Part shown: positions 36,801 to 48,900 of the stretch, in pieces
Position numbering within the stretch: the first letter of the stretch is position 1
Layout of the letters: each line of letters starts with the position of its first letter
DNA from: Narcine bancroftii
Lineage: Eukaryota
Direction: 5' to 3'
Assembly: GCF_036971445.1 (NCBI RefSeq)
Contig: NC_091469.1
Span: 268,584,001-268,648,000, forward strand
DNA length: 64,000 nt
Notes under the pieces: model-generated
Told to the model about the DNA's origin: nothing
The model's input: only the letters and a program-made list of their open reading frames with translations
Database searches by the model: none
Made by a program: the position numbers and the translations under genes

Positions 36801-39800
36801 AGTATTTTTAATTAAAGCCCAATGGAGAAACAAATGAAAAAGAGATAGCAAAGAAAAGGTTTCATGATAGAACATGGGGGAATATTTGTGTGAAGGACTT
36901 CAATGAATAGACTATTTTTGAGTTATAGTTTTTTTATGTTAAACAAGATAAATATAAGAATTTTTTTATTATGCACTCTAATGTATATATATTTTTCCAT
37001 TTGTAGAGGGAACGTTGAAGTTGAGAACGAGCAAAGGTCCAGTGGAAGTATTGCTTAACGAAAATGGACTTCTCCATTGTGAAATTGATAAGCTTTACGG
37101 GCTTACATTGAGCTCAAATAATTTAGGCATTTCATGGGTTTTCATCCAGGGAACTGGAAAAAATAATATCTTCACTTATTCTAATGGAGAAATAACAAGT
37201 GTGTGGAAAGAAGCAGAGTTGTCAGAGAACTCCATTCTAAATGGAGACATGTCACTTATGCTAAAAAATGTTACGTTCAAACATTCTGGCAAGTATCAGT
37301 GTGAAGTTGTTATTCCACCAAATGAAAGGGACTCTCTTACAGTAAACCTCGAAGTTTTAGGTAAGGTAATTTTTTTCACACTACTTTGGATTATTTCATA
37401 TCATGGTTATCTTGTTTATGCATTATATTTCAGTGAAAATAGTTTCTGAAACACCATATTGCCAGCATAAAGCCTAAGCATGGAAGCAAAATTCTACATT
37501 TAGTGGGAATAGACCAGTTTCTATGCTGTGTGACCAGATGATTTGCTTTCATATAGTCCTTTTCAATCATTTCAAATGGTGCTGACAGCAGATAACAGAC
37601 CATTTGACTGCACTGATCTATGTTGGTGTTTATGTTCTCACAAACCTCCCATCCTTTTGAAATTTACCCCTGATGAACCATCCACTTATGCCAGTGCATG
37701 CACATCATCACACACTATAAAGCAAATCCAGGCAGATTAGTAACATTGAATCCCTCCTGGACAACCTCAGTGTATTCTACACTCACTTCAAGCAGGAGGT
37801 TGGCGAATTAGAGGTACTCTCCTTTCCTATCTTGAGCTCACCAGCACCCGTGATCACCAATGTACCTGTCAGATAGGCCTTCTGAAGATGTGTCCTCTTG
37901 TGATTGCGTGTTAATTAAACATCTGCTTCAATTTTCAGTTTCTGCAGATTTTCCCACAAGGCCTTTGCAGAAGGACACAATTTTACTTAAAATTATTCAA
38001 ATTATTCAAATTTTGAGTAAAAATTTCATTCCTACCACCAATGTCAAATTCACTGATTTATGTTTTTCAGGTCCTTTTCAATTCTTTTTCAAGTATAGGA
38101 GTCATATGTTCCACAGTCCCTTTTAATACAGTTTTTTCCTCCACGGTACTTCTTTCACCAGCTTCCCTATCAGCTTTAAATCATTGAGCCGATCCAAAAT
38201 ATTAATTTTTGAATACAGCCATTGTGACTTTAATACACCTTTTTTCTTTTGCAGCACAACCCACGGTGACTGTTGTTTCAGAAAAGATTGTGGAAGTTGG
38301 CACTGGTGGAGAGATGACCTTGCGTTGTCAGTTAACTGGCTATTATCCTTGTGAAAGCAATGTGGAATGGATTCAATTAACCCCATCACAAATTGAAACA
38401 AAGTTGGTAACTAATCTATGCATCTCCCCACCAATCAAAAATCCAGACAGAACATGTAATGCAATCGTTGAAGTTAGCTTGGAACCTCGTGTAAAAGACA
38501 TTGGCAGTAGTTATGAATGCCATGTGATGCACAAGACTTTGCCAGAGCCAAATATTGTGAATGCTGAAGTGATTTTGAAAGGTTAGTTGCAGAACTTTTT
38601 AATTTCTTTTTCTTAAAGTTCAAAGTTTTGAACTTTTGCTGGAGTTTTGTAGATTCTTGTTTCCTTTGGAGGGGTGAGTGAAAAAGATTTGGCTCCAGTT
38701 GGTTCTGTCACTCCTTGGGTGACCGATGAGCCAATCTGAGGCTTTAATTGGGGCAGAGGAACAATTTTTGGGGTCGATTTCTGGGAGTGTAAAATGAGAG
38801 GGGATGACATTATTTTCCATCATTTGTACTGAAATTGGATGTGCTCATGGTTCAAGTTTTCAGTGCTATCCAGAATGTTCTTTCTCCAGAATAGGTAATC
38901 AGGCAAAAGGTTCCAGGATTCTTCACGGATATTGCATATTTTCAAGGAGGCTTTGACAACATCTGTGAATCAATTCTGTTGTACAGTCAGAAACCTTGTT
39001 TCATGGCAGCATGAAATAGAATGTCTTTTTCTGGTACGAGGCCAGAATAGGCTTGGGGTGGGATTGTACTGTTTACTTAGGAAACAAGTATGTTCATTTT
39101 AGCAAAGAATAGTTTTGATATTAACATTTCAAAGGCTTTCCAAATGTTGATTAAATGGAGTATTCTTACATATTATTTCAATAGAGCTTTATGCTTGCAC
39201 CTATTCAAGAACTCCTTTCTGTGTGCGCAGATAAATCTAAATACATGTCTATTACTTGTAAGTACTCTGCTAAAGTATTTAGTAGTTTCTTTAAATGATA
39301 GTTGTTTCTATTATTCTATCATTTAATCTGGCATCTAGTACTTTTGATAATTGTGCGACTTTTTTTGAATATCTTATTTAAGTTTCCACATGCATTAATG
39401 TCTAGATACACAAAATATCCCTCATACATCTCAAATTAGAATTACTTAGTATTATATACCCACCACCCCTTCCCCCAAATAATAATAGCCCCAAAGAATG
39501 TAAAAAAACAAAAAGACAAAGGAAGAAACACATCTGATTACTAAAGTTTCAATACATCGTCAAATTTTGCCTTTATAATATTAAACATGTACTAATTCCA
39601 AGAAGTTGACAAGGTTCTTGAGGTTTAGGGGATATCATATAGTACCTACAATATGTAAATATAGGGTCCAAAATTTTAATAAAATACCGTGTTTATTTCT
39701 TAAATTATATGTAATTTTCTCAAGAGAAAATACGAATTTGATTTCCATGTCACTGCTATACATTTTCTTATGACAATGCAATTTGCACGAATTCCTTTTG

Positions 39801-42800
39801 AAACATATTAAGTTTCAGTTTTGGCCTTGTCCCAGATGTACTACCTAATAAGAAAAGCATTGGATCTTGAGGAAATTTAACTTTAATGACCCGTTCTAAA
39901 AATGCTCCCAATTGTTCTCATTATTTCATATAACCTTTTTTAATTTTAGAGGTATAACTTATTATTTGATCACTATATACACTTTTATCACATCCCATAA
40001 CAAATTTATTTGAAACTGAATTAGAGTTTCAAAAAAGATACTTCTTGGTCTTCTGATAAATTCACAAAAATCTTTCCTTTTTAATAACATAGAGTTAAAC
40101 CTCCATCTATAAACTGATTCTTCTCTGTCTATCATTGTTATTGCTAGTAACAAGGGAGAATGGTCAGATAAAATTCTTGCCTTATACTCTACTTGCTTTA
40201 TTCTACCTTGAAGTTGGGTAGATATTAAAAAGATATCAATTCTAGAATAAGAATCATGTGTACTAGAATAAAAAAGAGTAGTCTCTTTCTCTTGAATGAA
40301 GTCTTCTCCAAGCATTAGTGACAATGTAGCTTTAGCTGCTTTTGTCCTTTCTATAGCTCTTGTTGACCCTGCCTAAAATTGGATCTAAACAAAAATTAAA
40401 GTCCCCTCCTAGTAACATATTTTCATTAGCACTTGCCAAATTCAAAATAGTTTCTTGTATGAATTTATCATTATCTACATTCGGTGCATATTTATTCATA
40501 AGCATCCAATACTCTGCAAAAAAAATTGACATTGTACCTGTGGTGGTACACTGCTGGCCTACTGCAGGGGGAAACCTCTGTACCTGTAGAAGAGCATGGG
40601 ACAAGACAACACCTGGCCGGCTGTCAATCAGCCGACCTGAATGGACCAAGCCCCACCCGGTCGGGTGTCAATCACCCTCCGGGATATAAGCCTTCGAAGT
40701 CCCTCTCAGAGCTCACAGCAGCCCACTCACAGCTGGCTCTGTGGAGTTTTATATCAAATAAAGCCTGTTGTACAGTCTTTTGGTTTTATGTGTTTGCTTC
40801 TGACTGATAGCACACCATAGTATCGTAATATATCTGCTTGCAGGGTGTGTGATGACATTTTGTATTAAAGTAGCTACTCCCTTGCCTTTGAATTAAATGA
40901 AGAAGCTGCAACGTACCCTACCCAGTCCCTTTTTAACCTCTGATGTTCTTTTTGATTAAATGAGTTTCTTGTTTAAAAATAAGCTGTATCTACTTTCATT
41001 TTCTTAACATGTGCAAATATCCTTTTCCTCTTCACCACAGCACCTGCAAGGAAGGCCTTTCTTCTTGTCCTTGCTGTTTTCTTTGTTGTACTCCCGACAG
41101 GGCACCAACATATTTTATCCTTTTTGGGTGACATTTGTTAAATGCTCTTAAGAACAGTTTACAAAAAAATTAATTTCAGTTTCTTCACTTTTTTTTCCAC
41201 TTTTTAAAAAACTTTTTTTTACTCGGGAGATCCAAGTTCTTCCATCCTGGCTCTACATCTTCACATGATATCCCCTCTATTGTGTGACTCTTGAGGGTTA
41301 ATTGCACTTCTACTTTCATAAATCATGTATTTCCCTTCCTCAGTAAAAAGAAACTAATTTTTTTTCCTCTTTATTCCTTTGGGAACAACTTTTTATCAAT
41401 GGCCTTTAAAGTTCAAAGTTAGAATTTATTGTCTGAATACTTGCATGACATAAAGTTCTGAGATTTTTTGTGGGCGAGGCTGAATTCTAATTACTGAAAC
41501 TGTACTGAAGAAGAAAGAAATGCAAACAAAAGAAAGAAATGTAAATAAACTCACTGTGCAAATATTCAGTAATAAATAATGAGCAAAGTTTCTAAATCCA
41601 CGCTGAAGATCCAACTGCGCTGGGTAGGTCACGTCTCCAGAACGTAGGACCATTGCCTTCCCAAGATCGTGTTATATGGCGAGCTCTCCACTGGCCACCG
41701 AGACAGAGGTGCACCAAAGAAGAGGTACAAGGACTGCCTAAAGAAAGCTCTTGGTGCCTGCCACATTGACCATCGCCAGTGGGCTGATATCGCATCAAAC
41801 CGTGCATCTTGGCACCTCACAGTTCGGCGGGCAGCAACCTCCTTTGAAGAAGACCGCAGAGCCCACCTCACTGACAAAAGACAAAGGAGGAAAAACCCAA
41901 CACCCAACCCCAACCAACCAATTTTCCCTTGCAACCGTGTCTGCCTGTCCCGCATCAGTCTTGTCAGCCACAAACGAGCCTGCAGCTGACGTGGACATTA
42001 CCTCTCCCTAAATCTTCGTCCGCCAAGCCAAGCCAAAGAAAAGAAATGAGTCTGTTGTTTGGGAGTTTGATGGTGGAGGGGTAGCCACTGTTCCTGAACT
42101 TGGTGAATTGAGTCTTGCAGCACTTATATCTCTTTCCTGATAGCAGCAGGAAAAGAGCATGTCCTGGGTGGTGTGGATCCTTGATGGTTGCTGCTGCTCT
42201 CTGATGGCAACGTTCCACGTAGATGTTCACAATGGTGGGGAGAGTTTTTGCCTGTGATGTACTGGGCTGTGTTCACTCTCTTTTGCAGAGATTTCCACTC
42301 AGAAGTATTGATGCCCCATCTCAGGCTGTGATGCACCCAGTCAATACGCTGTGCATCTGTAGAAGTTTTCCATGGTTTCCAATGAGATGCCAAACCTTCA
42401 CAAACTCCCGAGAAAGTAAAAGCACTGATGTGCTTTCTTCATGATGGCATTCGTGTGTTGGGTCCAGGAACAATCTTCTGAGATAGTGACCTCAGGGTTT
42501 AAAATTTTCTCACACTGTCCACCTCTGATTTCCCCCAATAATCTCTGTATCATACACCTCTGGTTTTCATTTACTAAAGTCTACAATCAATTCCTTGGGT
42601 TTTGGTGACATTGAGTGGGAGGTTGTTGCTTGCACATCATTCATTCTCCCTCCTGTATGCTGGCTGATCACCCCCTTTTATACAGCCCACTACAGTGGTA
42701 TCAATTTGTTGTCTTACGGAGCCACACGGAAAAGCGAGTAAAGCAGAGGCTAAGTGTGTAGCCCTATGGTGCTCCAGTGTTGATGGAGATGATGAGTTAT

Positions 42801-45800
42801 TCTTGCCAATCCACACTGACTGGGTCTAGAGGTGAGAAAATCTAGGAACCAATGTGATATTAAACCTAAGAGTTCGCTGATTTGTTTTGAAAGCTTAACA
42901 GTAGTTGATAAAGAGCATCCTTATTTATCCTTTAAGTACCGGTAATCCTATGCGGAAAAAAAAATCTACCTTGGTCACTTTAAGTCTTTTCCCAAACAGG
43001 TTCAGTCTTTTCCTTTATATCAATACCATTTTAATAAATTTTTTTGCACTTTTTTTTTCTTATAACAGAAGCAGAAATACTTATTTCCACACAGTCGATA
43101 ATTGGAAGCATTATTGGAAGCATTTTTATCACTGTATTGTTAACAGCCACAGGAATTCTCATTTACATATGCTACTTTTATAAAGGTAACTCCTAGATAT
43201 ATCGAGAATGAATTTGTAGTGAAAGACTCAAAGGAAATTTAAATTATTTGGGCGGGAACAATAAAAACCTTGGCCTTTTTCAAATTTTATAAACTTCTGT
43301 TTAACTAGTACTGCTCAAAGCCTGTTGCGATTTTGTGATTTTTAAAAAAAAATTATTTCATTTGGAATTATAACATAAAATGTTTAATCTTTCCATTGAA
43401 ATTAATTGTGAATTGTCTAACTATCAAAGATTGTTCATCCCAACTGGGAATAATTTGGAATAATTCATCTTTAAATTTCTGATAATTTTCTTTTATTCTC
43501 AGTTCCACCCAAAGTATCAGATATTCAATTGCCTGATCGAATTGTACACCATGAAGTAGCAGATATTATTTGCCACGTGGCTGGATTCCGACCTGGTGAC
43601 ATTGATCTCAGCTGGTATTTGCAAAGGAATGGCAAGGACGAGCAATTAATTCATAAAGACAAAAAAGCATTTTTAGGTTCTATGCTTTGCAAACAAAATG
43701 AGCCAAGTGAAATGAGTACAAATGAGAATCATTGGAAAGTCCTCAGAAGTTTCCAGACATATGAAAATTTGACACACAGCTTTTCCAGCACTCTTAAGGT
43801 TTTTCCTGATGTTATGACAGACAATAACGCAAGAATCATATGCAGAGTGACGCATCCAGCAGGTTCTGAAGAAAGATGCAGCTTTTTAGCTGTCCATGGA
43901 AGTAAGTATTTTACAAATCAAAATAAGGACTTTACAGGGTTGGAAGACCATGTGGTCATTTCGTATTCCATTTGCCAAAATTTTTGATTTCCAGTCCCAT
44001 TTTTTGACTTGGATCATTTGTGCTGCAAATCCTTATGGTAAATCCTAGAAGTTACAATCTTGAGTTTTTAAGTGTATAGTGTTGAGAATTTTTACTTGGA
44101 CCAGCATATTATGCAAAGGACATATGATCCCCTCCATAATGTTTGGGATAAAGGCATTTTTTTTCTTTATTTTTTCCGGTTTTAAATTTGTAATCAAATA
44201 CTACACGTGATTAATGTGCACATTCCAGATTTTATTCAAGGTTATTTGTGTATATTTAGATTTGATCATATAGAAAATTGCAGCACTTTTTATACATAGT
44301 TCCCCCAATTCAGAGCACCATAATGTTTGGGACATTTGGCTTCTCGGGTATTTGTGATTACTCATTGCTTTATTGGTGCAGGCAAAGAAGAAAAGGGAGC
44401 TGGGCTTGCTTTTAAGCTTTTGATCACCTTTGGAATCTGCAATTGCCATTTCTCAAGAGTTGTTCCAATGAAAGTCAAATAAGCTATTATGAGGCTGAAA
44501 AACAAGAATAAAAGAGTAAAATACATTGCTTAAACCCTATACCAAAAGTAACAATTTGGAACTTCATTATGAAGAAAAAGCATACTGGTGAGCTCAGTGA
44601 TCACAAAGGAACTGGTAGGCCAAGGAAGACCTCCACTGGTGATGACAGAAAAATGAAGAAAAATCCCCACATGCCTGTCTGACAGATCAGAAACACTCTT
44701 CAGGAGGCAAGTGGGGATGTGTCAACGACTACCATCTGCAGAAGTCTTCATGAACAGAAATACAGAGGCTATACTGCAAGATGCAAACCACTAATTAGCC
44801 ACAGAAACAGGATGCCCACATTACAGTTGGCCAAGAACTGTTTAAAAGAGCTGCAGAATTCTGGAAAAAGGTCCTAAAGACAGATGAGACCAAGATTAAA
44901 CTGGATCAGAGTGATGGAAGAGCAGTGTGGAGGCATAAAGGAACTCCCCAAGATCCAAAGCATACTAGCTCCTTTGTGAAATGTGGTGGGGGTATTATGT
45001 CCTGGGCAAGAATAAGCTGCCACAGGTATGGGCATGCTTGTCTTCATTAATGAGTAACTGCTGATGGCAGTAGCAAAATGAATGATGAGGTGTATAGAAA
45101 CATCTGCTCAAGTTTGATCCAATGCCTCCAAACTCATTTTTGACAGTGCTTCATCCCACAGCAAAACAATGATCCCAAACACACTGCTAAAGCAACAAAG
45201 GGGTTTTTCAAAGCTAAAATTTTTGAATGGCCAAGCCAGTCACGCAATCTAAATCTAACTGACTATGTATTCCATATGCTGAAGAGAAAACTTAAGTGGA
45301 CGATCCCCTGTATGAAGCAGGAACTGAAGATGGCTGCAGTAGAGGCCTGGAAGAGCATCACCAGAGATGATACTCAGCATCTCAAATGTCTATGAATCAA
45401 AAACTTCAATCAGTCACTGCATGCAATGGATATGCAACAAGGATCTAAGCATGACAACTTCCATTGCTATGACATACCATTGCTATGTCCCAAATATTAT
45501 GGTGCCCTGAAATGAGGACACAAATATATAAAAAGTGCTGAAATTCCTAAGTGGTCAAGCCAAAAAGTATACTGTTACAGGCCATGTTAGAATAGTTATG
45601 GGTAAAATATGCCTTTAAAAGAGATAGATTGTGGGGGATTTAGTTTAGGCTTGTACTTCACAAACAGAGTAACACTTCAAAAAAGACATCTCATTTAACG
45701 TGCAAGAGCTTTGCTGAAGTGAGACATTGTGTCACCAGTGACTTTGCAGAGGCAATGGAACTGCTTTGGAAAGAACTTCACAAAGAGGTGCAAATGAAAC

Positions 45801-45915
45801 AAAGTCCAGACTTGGAAACTGAAAAGATCTTTCAAAGATTGGGTTTGGAGCTCTGTAAGAAATCGTATGGTTTTTACAAGCAAAGAGGAAAAACAGACAG
45901 ATGATTTCTTTTTTG

Positions 45916-45951
<36 letters not shown>

Positions 45952-48900
45952 CATTTTACAGTAGCAGTTGAGGCTGCAAAATGGCAAGCTGATAGGCTTG
46001 TTGAAAAAAACCATTTTGAAGACGGGTTGTGAGTTCTTGAGTTTGGCCTGTTCAAAATCCTTGTAGTCCTTACAAGAGGAAATGGCTGGCTAGAGTATTT
46101 CTCCTGAAATAAGAGAAACTCTGTGGTGACCTGGAAGAAGAGGTTATCATTTGGAAAACCCATGATGAGGCAAGTTTCTTCGGCAAGACACTCAGTTTGT
46201 ACGTATCCAATGAGCAACAAATTTCTCTCTGAAACCAACAAGAACCTTCCTGAATGGTAACCATTTAACTTTAAACGTCAGAGTCTGGTGAAGGTTCATA
46301 AATGTTAAATTTTGAATTGCCTGATACTGGTGAACTTGGAGAAGTGAAAAATGAATGATTGGACAGTGAAACAGAGAACTTTCCTGAACATATACACATT
46401 ACATACATGAGCGCTTAGAATTAGAAGGGGGTTAAGTTAGGTTAGATTAAGTTAATAGCAATAAGTTTAAGATTGATCTTGTTATTATGTTTAAAGAAAA
46501 TTTAAAGTAACTTTTGGTTAAGTAACCATTGTCTTGGTGAATTTCTATTGCTGCTGCGTTTTGGAGTCCTCTGGGCTCGTAACAATACAAATAATCTTGA
46601 ATAAAATCTGGAATGTTCTCTTTACACACATGTGAATTGTTTGATTACAATTTAAAACTGTGGAGCACAGGGGGAAAATAAAGGGGAAAAAGTATCTTTT
46701 GGTGGGCACTATATGTAAAATTATCTTTTTTAATTTAAAGTTTCCATAATGTATCATTGAGTTATATGAAGTAGATATTTTGCATAGTTTACCGTTCATT
46801 ATCTTATAGATGGGTTGGTTTTAGGTATATCCAATGGAGTAACATTTATTTAAGTGTATTCTTATGTAATTGTGGAACATGTTATAAGGGTTGAATAAAA
46901 GCCACCAAGAAATATTAACAGGAAAAACTGAGGGAACTATCTTTTGAAAAGTTTAGTATACAAAAGTAAATCTGCAATGAGGATTATAGGTTCTGAAGGA
47001 TTAGGAAGGAACTGTGGCAACATACCAGAAATCCTTGGAGCTCTTCCTCCCCCCCACCCCTACCCTCTTTTTTTTAAAAAAAGCTGCTGGTTTGCAAAGT
47101 TCAGCACAAGTTTTATGTGACATCTTTTACAAGACCTAAAGCACTTTACAGACAGAGGAAAAATTTTGAGATTTAGTCAGTTACAAAGTTGGGGACAGGC
47201 TGTGGAATGAAGGAAAATTAATGGAATTAAGATACAGTTAAGGTCAAGAATTATTTGAATGTGGGCTGACTGTTCAGTCTTGTGCCAATTTTATGACTCT
47301 CTTTGATGGGATTACCTTTCTGCTAATTCGTCCTGAAACATTGAGCTGGGCTATTGGATCAGAAAATTGTTGCAAGTGCAAGAGTAATTACGGATACTTC
47401 AAGAGTTAGGATGGGTTAAAATAAAGAGGATCAGACAAGTAACAAAGAGAATTGACATGCTTCAAACCTAATATATACCTTAATTTAATTGCTGAGTTGT
47501 AAATGACCATTCATTTTCCAGATAATGTATGATGAATATGCTATGTCATTTTTCTTGAGTTTGTGAATGTTTAAACTGATTTTACTTTTTTTCTCCCTCT
47601 TTAGTTGCTCCTAAGTTGGCTAAAATAATTAGACCCCCTGTTATACTTCATAACCGTTCTTTGATGCTGATATATCCAATAAAATTGTTCAAGCCAAATC
47701 TTCTAAATATCAAATGGTATAAAATAATAAATGGAGTAAAATCGCTTTTGGTGGAGTATAAAACAGGAAGTAAACTAGATTTCACTGTTGACCAGTATTC
47801 CCATTGTGTGGATGAGTTTAGTTCTGATAATGATACCTACAGTGTCAACAGCATGTTGATCTTTATCGCAACAATCAAAGAAGATGATGGCAAAGAATAT
47901 CTCTGTGAAGTGAATCACGATGCTATGGAAAATTCAGTGGAAGAGAAGGTTAAACTGGAAGTAAAAGGTAAATCAAACTCAGATTTCTTGATCGTGCAAT
48001 CTTCATGAAAATCGAGCCATTTCCCCCCTTTGTTCACATTTTATATTTCAATAAAATGACCTATTTTTGCTACTTTTAGTGACTCATCATTACCTAAGTA
48101 ATCATCAGGACTGATAGTTGGGTGGCTTCCCTGTATTATCAGCAGTTTTGGTCATCCAGCTGGCCATTCAGCTAGAAAAAGTTCAGAAAAGATCAAAGCA
48201 ATGTTATGGAGATGTAGGCTAGTGTAATCAGGAAAGGCTGGGACTTGTCTCCTCGGAGCATAGATCACCAAGGGAGAATCTTGTAGAGGTAAGGGGCATG
48301 AATAAAGTAAATAATCATTGTCTTTATGGCACTGCAGAGGAGTCTAAAACTAGAGGACAGATTTAAGGCAAGAATGGAAAGATTTGAAATGGATCTGTGG
48401 GTCTCCTATTTCACATAGAGGATGGTAGGTAGGTGGTATGAGCTGTCAGAAGAAGTGGTAGTGGCAATGACATTTGGAATGTTTAAAAGACATTTAGACA
48501 AGTAGGAACTATTGAGCAGGATAAGGGTGTAACATTGGCAAATTGGATGAGTTTAGATAGTCAACTTGGTTGCCTTGGACAAGTTGGGCTAAAGGATTTA
48601 TTTCTATGCGGACCAAGTTGACTATCTGAGCTCATCTCATTTGTGATGTGAACCCCTGTTGATTAAGAAATGTGTACCGATGATTACAGCTTCCACTGTG
48701 TGGAATTTTTGATGTTTTAAAAAAAGAGGAAACATTAATTCAATCTTTTAGGAGTGTATTTAAATTACATAAAAGGTACTAAATTTTGACTGAAACACAA
48801 AAGTCTGCAGAAACTGTGTTTGTAGTAAAAGCACAAAAAATGCTGGAGGAACTCGCAGGGTCCATAGGAAGTAAAGATATATAACCGACGTTTCAGACCT

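Noticed and set aside
42905-43183. ORF-track 92-aa ORF over the TM exon
   Set aside because: Wrong frame. The splice-defined phase-1 frame gives the hydrophobic TM helix.
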